A stretch of DNA of 64,000 nucleotides from Methanobacteriota archaeon (GTDB lineage Archaea > Thermoplasmatota > Poseidoniia > Poseidoniales > Poseidoniaceae), in assembly GCA_002722135.1 (NCBI GenBank), contig PBKJ01000027.1, forward strand, positions 6,968-70,967, in the 5' to 3' direction. Shown here piece by piece: positions 57,664-64,000 of the stretch. The stretch's first letter is position 1, and each line of letters opens with the position of its first letter. Position numbers and translations under genes: made by a program. The notes beneath the pieces were generated by a model. That model did no database searches. It was not told the DNA's origin and saw nothing but the letters and a program-made list of their open reading frames with translations.

Positions 57664-59247
57664 TCAGAATCCGCTTGGCGGTGTGTATTCGCCGAACACC
57701 TTTCGCAGCACGCCACAAATTTCCCCAACCGTGGCCTCAGCCCGGACGGACTCAAGCACCATTGGGAAGATGTTCTCCTCCGTTCCAGCGACGCGCTCGA
57801 GCTCGGCCAACGCTTGGTTGGTGCGTTCACCGTCCCTCTGTTCTCGAACCTGGTGGAGCCTTGCTTCTTGTGCTCGCGCCAAATCAGCATCAATGGTTTG
57901 TACTGGCGGCGAGGTTGATTCGTCCATCATGTGGACGTTGACGCCAACGATGGAACGTTCTCCAGTTTCCAATGCCCTTTGATGAGCAAAGGCAGCCTTG
58001 TGAATTTCGCGTTGCTGGTAACCACCTTCCACCGCTTTGAGCGCACCACCTTTCTTGGCAATCCTGTCCAATTCCGCCTTGACTTCCTCGATCATGAGCG
58101 ACGTCAGTCGCTCAACGTGGTACGAACCACCAAGCGGGTCCACCACGTCGGCCGCACCCGATTCCTCTGCGATGATTTGTTGCGTCCGCAAGGCCACGGT
58201 GGCCGAGGCTTCGGTTGGTAGCCCCAGGGCTTCATCGTAGGAGTTTGTGTGCAACGATTGTGTTCCCCCGCAAACCGCCGCCAACGCTTGGATGGTGACC
58301 CGGGTGATGTTGTTGAGCGGTTGCTGCGCGGTGAGGGACACACCTGCCACTTGCGTATGGAACCTGAGCATCGATGACTTCGGGTTCTTCGGTGCGTATC
58401 GGTCCATCATCAAATCGTGCCACAGGACGCGGGCTGCCCTGAATTTGGCGACCTCTTCGAAAAAGTCGTTGTGGCAGTTGAAGAAAAAGGAGAGGCGGGG
58501 GGCGAAGGCATCGACGTCGAGACCTCGTGAAACGGCATCATCGACATACTGCAACGCGTTCGCCAGCGTGAACGCCAGTTCCTGCGCTGCCGTTGAACCG
58601 GCCTCGCGAATGTGGTATCCTGAGATGCTGATGGTGTTCCATCTTGGCACATGTGCTGCGCAATACTCGAAAATGTCGCTGATCAGGCGCATGCTTGGTT
58701 CTGGTGGAAAAATGTAGGTCCCACGGGCGATGTATTCCTTCAGGATGTCGTTTTGAATCGTACCAGAAATCGCATCTGATGCAATACCCTGTTCTTCGGC
58801 CACCACGATGTACATCGCAAGAAGCACCATCGCTGGAGCGTTGATCGTCATTGACGTCGACACTTTGTCAAGCGGTATCTGTTGAAACAACTCGCGCATG
58901 TCTTCGAGCGTCGAAATCGAGACACCAACCCGTCCGACTTCGCCCATGGACAACGGATCATCTGCATCCAATCCGAGTTGTGTAGGAAGATCGAACGCCA
59001 CTGAGAGCCCTTTCTGGCCCCGCTCGAGGAGCAAACGGAAGCGTTCGTTTGTCGCGGCTGCTGAGGAGAAGCCAGCGTACTGGCGCATGGTCCACCGGCG
59101 TTGCGTGTACATGGTGCGGTGAATCCCACGTGCGTATGGAGCAACGCCGGGTTCACCTTGCCCATGGTGATCGTCAGCAACACTCGCAGAGGTGCTGAAC
59201 AATTCCAAGGGGAGTCCGCCAAGCGTGTGGCGGGCTTGCTCGTCCAT
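57664..59247 (-). CDS. Methylmalonyl-CoA mutase, substrate-binding (large) subunit
   Basis: WTMRQYAGF, GLSVAFDLPTQ, GTIQNDILKEY, ISGYHIREAG, SLHTNSYDEA; no B12-binding domain (split type). Confidence 0.94.
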   Translation of the reverse strand: MDEQARHTLGGLPLELFSTSASVADDHHGQGEPGVAPYARGIHRTMYTQRRWTMRQYAGFSSAAATNERFRLLLERGQKGLSVAFDLPTQLGLDADDPLSMGEVGRVGVSISTLEDMRELFQQIPLDKVSTSMTINAPAMVLLAMYIVVAEEQGIASDAISGTIQNDILKEYIARGTYIFPPEPSMRLISDIFEYCAAHVPRWNTISISGYHIREAGSTAAQELAFTLANALQYVDDAVSRGLDVDAFAPRLSFFFNCHNDFFEEVAKFRAARVLWHDLMMDRYAPKNPKSSMLRFHTQVAGVSLTAQQPLNNITRVTIQALAAVCGGTQSLHTNSYDEALGLPTEASATVALRTQQIIAEESGAADVVDPLGGSYHVERLTSLMIEEVKAELDRIAKKGGALKAVEGGYQQREIHKAAFAHQRALETGERSIVGVNVHMMDESTSPPVQTIDADLARAQEARLHQVREQRDGERTNQALAELERVAGTEENIFPMVLESVRAEATVGEICGVLRKVFGEYTPPSGF

Positions 59248-59289
59248 GGCGATAAGGCAGCCGAACCGCCCCTTGAACCCTCGTCCCCG

Positions 59290-59787
59290 TCAGTGGGTCA
59301 CGCCGCCTTTCCCGTGGACGTGCCCATGCGCAATTTCGCCTTCTTCAGCAGCACGGAGCTCGACCACTTCAACGGAGAACGTGAGGCTCTTTCCTGCAAG
59401 CTGGTGGTTGAAATCAGCGGTGATCGTGTCCTCTTCGACCGCGACGACAGAGAAGGGACGTGGGCCGTCCATCATGTCAGCGACCAAGGTCATTCCAACT
59501 TCGAGCGGCACCTCGGCTTCGACGGCCGCGAAGTGAGCACGAGGGAACGTGGTGACGTTGGCTTCCTCACGTTGCCCATAGGCACGTTCGGGTTCCAAGG
59601 TGAACGTTCGACGCTCGCCGACCTTGGCCCCGAGCATTTCTTCCTCGAACCCCGGAATCATTTGGCGGTGGCCGACGAGGAAGACCAAGGGGTCCCGTCC
59701 CTCGCTGGAATCGAACACTTCACCCGTGTCTGGGAGCGTGCCTGTGTAGTGGACGGATGCAACGGTGTTGTTCTGAATGGTGTCCAT
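59290..59787 (-). CDS. slyD: FKBP-type peptidyl-prolyl isomerase (SlyD-like)
   Basis: HYTG, MIPGFE, PERAYG, DFNHQLAGK.LTF.VEV, short His tail HGHVH. Confidence 0.92.
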   Translation of the reverse strand: MDTIQNNTVASVHYTGTLPDTGEVFDSSEGRDPLVFLVGHRQMIPGFEEEMLGAKVGERRTFTLEPERAYGQREEANVTTFPRAHFAAVEAEVPLEVGMTLVADMMDGPRPFSVVAVEEDTITADFNHQLAGKSLTFSVEVVELRAAEEGEIAHGHVHGKGGVTH

Positions 59788-59791
59788 ACTG

Positions 59792-60658
59792 TCATCTCCT
59801 TGTTTCCATGCGACGAATGAGCCGCTGCAATTCTGCTGCAACGGTCGGAGGGAGAATCCCCTCGGCCTCCTTTTGTTCGATGTATTCGATGGCGGCCTCA
59901 AAGGAGATCCGCTCGCCTTTGGCCCAAATTTGACCAAGCAGGTTCGAGCGGTGCTCCTCAGCAACCCCAGGGTCAGCGAGCATGTCTCGTGCAGCGTACT
60001 TGTATTCCAGGTACTTCTGCCGGTTCAGCTTCTTGACCTGTTTTTGCCGGCCGCCGCCCTTCTTCTCTCTTGAGCCCTTGCGGCGCTGTCCGGTGGTGCG
60101 ACCCGGGGATTTCACGGCGATTTGTTTGAACACGTTCTGCGTCCCTGCAGACACCGATTCGGGGGCCTCTGGGGCCGAAGGCTCCTCTGGCAATTCCGTG
60201 ACGGCTTCCACCGTCGATGCGGCAGCCGTGACGGTTGACGTGGCTTCGGAGATGACGACAGGGGCTTCGGGTGCTGGAGAATTTGCCCGAAGGATGGATT
60301 GTGCTGCAGCCTTGTTCTCCTGTGAAAGACGAGCAAGGCGCTCACGCTCGGTTTCTTTCGGCTCAGCGGGGTGCGCAGATGCCGGGGTGGTGGTGGGCGT
60401 TGTGGACTCCACTTGGACGGTGCCGGTTGCTTTGTCGCTCAGCGCTTTTTGCGCTTCTGCGGCTTTCTTGAGGAGTTCGTTCTGGCCCTGAGGTTGAGCC
60501 CCGGTCCGAGCTGCCGCGGTGCGTTGTTGTTGGGCCTCGGCGTCGCGAGCACGCTTCGCGTTCTCTTCACGCCGTCGCTGTCGCTCCGCTCCTGCGTTTT
60601 GTGCAAATGGATTCAAGGGTTCGCGACGACGTCCACCACGACCACCTCGACCCTGCAC
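59792..60658 (-). CDS. Hypothetical protein: low-complexity N terminus, basic helical C-terminal domain
   Basis: 288-aa ORF, RGG start, Ala/Glu/Thr linker, globular-looking last ~85 aa. Confidence 0.6.
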   Translation of the reverse strand: MQGRGGRGGRRREPLNPFAQNAGAERQRRREENAKRARDAEAQQQRTAAARTGAQPQGQNELLKKAAEAQKALSDKATGTVQVESTTPTTTPASAHPAEPKETERERLARLSQENKAAAQSILRANSPAPEAPVVISEATSTVTAAASTVEAVTELPEEPSAPEAPESVSAGTQNVFKQIAVKSPGRTTGQRRKGSREKKGGGRQKQVKKLNRQKYLEYKYAARDMLADPGVAEEHRSNLLGQIWAKGERISFEAAIEYIEQKEAEGILPPTVAAELQRLIRRMETRR

Positions 60659-60714
60659 GATGCTTCCTCACTCTTTGCCCCTGACCACGGGATAAAAAGG
60701 ATTGGCAGCAGGAA

Positions 60715-61722
60715 TCACCAGGCAATCGGGGTCGCATCGGTGCGAAGACCGGGGTCAACGGCCGACGCATGGTACGGGGTTGTCCTCCCAGACTGCAACT
60801 CAAGCCAACCAAGTTGGGCGATCATCGTGCCGTTGTCGATGCAGTACATTCGAGGTGGTGCATGACTGCTTCCTTCACGCTCACTGGCCATGATGTCACA
60901 CATGTCACGGAGGCGCTGATTGCAAGCGACACCGCCACCGAGGAGGAGCTCGTGTTTTCCAGCATGCGCCATCGCGCGTTCTGCAACTTCAACACATGCA
61001 GCGAAGGCGTGTTCTTGAAGCGACCAACAGACCGCATCAAACGGGACACCGCGATGCACCATCGCGACGGCTGCAGTCATGAGGCCTGAGAACGCCATGT
61101 CCATCCCCCGGACCGCATACGGCAGTTCCAGTCCCTGCAGGCTGGCGTCGGGATTGGCTTCTAAGTAGGCTCGGGCATGCTGTTCAATGACGGGGCCGCC
61201 TGGGAAAGGATGCCCAAATTTGCGGGCAAATTTGTCAAGCATGTTCCCAATGCCGATGTCGAGGGTTTCACCGAGCACGCGGTACCGGCCATCCAATCGG
61301 GTGATCACTTGGGTGTTCCCGCCTGAAACGTACAGCAGAACGGGATCATCACAGTCGCATTCCCAACGTCCGATTTCGATGTGGGCCACGCAGTGATTGA
61401 CGCCGATGAGTGGAACATCATGCGCGGCCGCAAGCGCTCGGGCAATCCCCGCGCCCACTTGCAGACAAGGCCCCATGCCAGGTCCTTGCGAAAACGCGAC
61501 GCCGCTGAGGTTTGAAAGGTCGAGGGCATGACGTTCTAGGAAGGTGTTCAGCAAGCCTTGTGCAACATCGCGGTGATGATCTGCAGCTTCCCGGGGGTGA
61601 ATGCCACCTTCGGTGGGACGGATGGTATCGATCGCCGCTGGAAGCGTGGAGCCATCACCTTGTACGGCTCCGAACGAAAGCGTGTGGGCCGTGGACTCTA
61701 GCCCCAGCACCCAACCGTCCAT
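60715..61722 (-). CDS. kae1: tRNA N6-threonylcarbamoyltransferase Kae1 (KEOPS)
   Basis: LGLESTAHT, GIHPREAA.HH, VNHCVAHIE, LYVSGGNTQ, GETLDIG.GN.LDKFAR, DNGTMIA. Confidence 0.95.
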   Translation of the reverse strand: MDGWVLGLESTAHTLSFGAVQGDGSTLPAAIDTIRPTEGGIHPREAADHHRDVAQGLLNTFLERHALDLSNLSGVAFSQGPGMGPCLQVGAGIARALAAAHDVPLIGVNHCVAHIEIGRWECDCDDPVLLYVSGGNTQVITRLDGRYRVLGETLDIGIGNMLDKFARKFGHPFPGGPVIEQHARAYLEANPDASLQGLELPYAVRGMDMAFSGLMTAAVAMVHRGVPFDAVCWSLQEHAFAACVEVAERAMAHAGKHELLLGGGVACNQRLRDMCDIMASEREGSSHAPPRMYCIDNGTMIAQLGWLELQSGRTTPYHASAVDPGLRTDATPIAW

Positions 61723-61735
61723 GCTTACGTGACGT

Positions 61736-61752
61736 GTTGATGATTCATCAAC
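61736..61752. promoter_or_regulatory. Perfect inverted repeat between divergent kae1 and hutI
   Basis: GTTGATGA-T-TCATCAAC in a 50-bp divergent spacer. Confidence 0.5.
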
Positions 61753-61772
61753 CCTCACCTTCTGGTCCACAC

Positions 61773-63020
61773 ATGCGCGTTCTGGTCACCACCACCGGAA
61801 CGGTCGTGACCCATGCCTTGGCTGATGACCTTTTATTGCTCGATGGAGCGGACATTCTCATAGAGTCCGGCGTCATTTCATCTATTGCACCTTCACAAGA
61901 ACTCGTTCAAGAATTGGACGCCGACGGCATGGCACCATCGAATCTCGAGGTGTTGGATGTGGGGCGAAAGTCCGTTGTTCCTGGATTGATTGACGCTCAC
62001 ACACACCTCATCTGGGCTGGTGATCGCAGCGACGAGGTCGGGAAGCGTCTGTCCGGTATGTCCTACCATGACATCGCTGCGCAGGGAGGTGGCATTGGAC
62101 GAACGGTCCGTGCGACGGCCGAGGCGACCGTCGATGAACTACGGCAGATTGGCATCAAGCGAGCCTCCATCGCCCGGCGTTCTGGTACGACGTACCTTGA
62201 GGCAAAATCTGGGTACGGCCTCGAAACTCAGGCTGAGTTGAACCAGATTCAAGCGGCTCATGAGACTGGAAACGTCGAGGGTTTGCCTGGAGTCCATGCA
62301 ACGTGGCTTGGTGCCCACGCCATACCACAAGGCCATACTGAAGAGCAAACGGTGGAGCGGTTGCTCTCAGAGCAACTGCCATCTGTCATTGAACAAGGCT
62401 ACGCTGAGAGCGTCGACGTGTTTTGCGAACCCGGCTGGTTTTCCATCGACTCCACTGAACGGATCATGAACGAAGCCATGGCGCGTGGGCTTTCAGGTCG
62501 GCTGCACATTGACGAATTTGTCGACAGCGGCGGAGCTGCCTTGGCAGCAAAGCTCGGTGTTGTGACCGCCGATCACACGTTGAAATCCTCAAACGAGGGT
62601 CGACAAGCGCTGGCCGACGCCGAAGTGATCACGGGCTATCTCCCAGGTACGCCCCACATGCTTGGAATGGACATGCCGAACATTCCTGCAACACCGGGGC
62701 CGTTCACACTCGCTTCGGATTTCAACCCGAACTGCCCATCACTCAGCCTCCCGTTTGCGGCGTCACTTGCCGTTCACCGCTCCGACGTTACACCGCAGGC
62801 TGCATTGGCCGCAGTCACCAGCACTGCAGCCATGAGCGTACCTCGTACTGACGGGGTGAAGCACGGCGTGCTGGAACCTGGCGCCGCGGGTTCACTCAAC
62901 GTGCTTGCCGGTGGATCATGGGAAGGGTGGTGCCTCAGTCCTGGCCATGATCCGTTTCAATGGACGGTGATCGACGGCCACGTGACGCAGCATGAAAACT
63001 CTCTTCATGTCGCTCAATAG
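61773..63020 (+). CDS. hutI: Imidazolonepropionase
   Basis: PGLIDAHTHL.WAGDR, GGGI..TV, EAKSGYGL, DVFCE, HIDEF, ASDFNP. Confidence 0.88.
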   Translation: MRVLVTTTGTVVTHALADDLLLLDGADILIESGVISSIAPSQELVQELDADGMAPSNLEVLDVGRKSVVPGLIDAHTHLIWAGDRSDEVGKRLSGMSYHDIAAQGGGIGRTVRATAEATVDELRQIGIKRASIARRSGTTYLEAKSGYGLETQAELNQIQAAHETGNVEGLPGVHATWLGAHAIPQGHTEEQTVERLLSEQLPSVIEQGYAESVDVFCEPGWFSIDSTERIMNEAMARGLSGRLHIDEFVDSGGAALAAKLGVVTADHTLKSSNEGRQALADAEVITGYLPGTPHMLGMDMPNIPATPGPFTLASDFNPNCPSLSLPFAASLAVHRSDVTPQAALAAVTSTAAMSVPRTDGVKHGVLEPGAAGSLNVLAGGSWEGWCLSPGHDPFQWTVIDGHVTQHENSLHVAQ

Positions 63021-63046
63021 ACGATTCATGCAAGGAGCGATGCAAC

Positions 63047-63391
63047 ATGGGTAAATCGGATGTCAAAAGAGGGTGGTTTGAGACGGTTATCTGTTCCGCG
63101 CGCCGAGGTCAGGACGCCAGACTTCGCAGGGCGCTCGAGGCACGGGCATCTTTCAAGCGCAGGCAAGAGGGGTGTGTTGCATCTTGGGTGTCGCGCTCGC
63201 ATGACGGTCAACCGATGTTTCTGGTCCAAACTTGGTACAAGGACGAAGCTGCATGGAGGAGGATCGCCGAACAAATGGAGAAAGCGATGGGTGAGCAAGA
63301 TGCATTCGAGCATCTCCTGTCCGGCCCGCCGCTTGTTGGAGCCTTCGAAGGTCCAAATGACGATTTTTCCGCGCACCCTCACGACGCATAA
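63047..63391 (+). CDS. Hypothetical protein (possible dimeric alpha+beta barrel/ABM-like)
   Basis: 114-aa ORF with GGAG SD; GCVASWV..FLVQTWY.DE.AW pattern. Confidence 0.55.
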   Translation: MGKSDVKRGWFETVICSARRGQDARLRRALEARASFKRRQEGCVASWVSRSHDGQPMFLVQTWYKDEAAWRRIAEQMEKAMGEQDAFEHLLSGPPLVGAFEGPNDDFSAHPHDA

Positions 63392-63598
63392 GGTGGATTA
63401 TGCGCGATTCACCGGAGTCCTTGGACGATGAGGGCCCCCCAGCAATCCAACCTTGGCTTGCAGTGCCCCGTTTTTCTGGCCATAAGCTGCGCAACATCAC
63501 AAGAATACCGAGTTTCCGACGCAAAGGAGGGGGTTGAAGCACCAAACTTCCTCGTTTTTGCTCAGAACTTCTTTGAACGTCGCCCCAGACCAAGAAGC

Positions 63599-63757
63599 AT
63601 GACCACCGGTCCAATCCAGGGCTTTTGCCTCAAATGCAAAACGTATGGGGTCATCAAAGACGGCAAGGAAGTCGAGATGGCGAACGGCCGCGTCCGATTG
63701 GCAGGCTTCTGTTCCGAAACAGGTTGCACAGGGAAGATCTCGAAAATCGTCCGTTAA
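63599..63757 (+). CDS. Small Cys-rich putative zinc-binding protein (DUF5679-like)
   Basis: MTTGPIQGFCLKCK...MANGR....GFC...CTGKISKIVR; TTTGAA box upstream. Confidence 0.72.
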   Translation: MTTGPIQGFCLKCKTYGVIKDGKEVEMANGRVRLAGFCSETGCTGKISKIVR

Positions 63758-63808
63758 ACCTGCATACCGATGTGGATAAATAGGCCCCCGCGGTGGCCAA
63801 CACGACGA

Positions 63809-63881
63809 GGGCTCGTGGTCTAGGGGTTATGACGTCGCCTTGACATGGCGAAGATCGCCAGTTCGATTCTGGCCGAGCCCA
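63809..63881 (+). tRNA. tRNA-Val(GAC)
   Basis: Acceptor GGGCTCG/CGAGCCC-A; anticodon arm TCGCC-TTGACAT-GGCGA; T arm GCCAG-TTCGATT-CTGGC; no intron, CCA not encoded. Confidence 0.96.
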
Positions 63882-64000
63882 CCTCGTTTCACCTACCGGG
63901 TGACAACTGTCTATTCGTCATTCGATAGACAAATGATAGAATGACTGTTGGGCGCAACAATATTCACTCTTCAAGCAGTTCCTCGGGGCGCGGAATGTTG

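Noticed and set aside
61512..61772. N-terminal extensions given by the ORF track (also valS, EVE, topB, endA, slyD, queE, queC)
   Set aside because: They overlap neighbouring genes or promoters; family motifs begin at downstream starts.
1..64000. Mobile element or provirus
   Set aside because: No transposase, integrase, capsid or terminal repeats seen; content is housekeeping and envelope genes.

Overview
Gene-dense, GC-rich archaeal chromosome segment, most likely Marine Group II Thermoplasmatota (Ca. Poseidoniales). This assignment is inferred from archaeal information genes (eS19/eL39/eL31/eS17, Kae1, EndA, archease, archaeal SRP RNA) mixed with bacterial-type metabolic genes (TopB, split PntAB, PyrD type 2, FolE, MqnC, SlyD) and many acidic Ca-binding surface proteins. 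About 57 CDS, an SRP RNA (~28691-28995) and tRNA-Val(GAC) (63809-63881) are supported. I see no CRISPR array, transposase, integrase or prophage. Three short genes missing from the ORF track were found by hand: eL39, a ribbon-helix-helix (RHH) regulator and a 55-aa two-TM protein. The best leads are: a divergent TatC fused to an HdrA-N-like Cys domain, encoded directly behind a secreted CxCH protein; a surface lipoprotein with all PNGase F catalytic motifs; a biotinyl/lipoyl-like domain inserted in a Ca-repeat surface protein; an RHH-led preQ0 operon with a candidate operator, a Cys-less QueC and an embedded MsrB; an HldE-like probable pseudokinase next to a wHTH-TerB protein and archease; and a single near-palindromic TATA-like box centred between two divergent starts. 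All product calls come from motif recognition by eye; no database searches were run.
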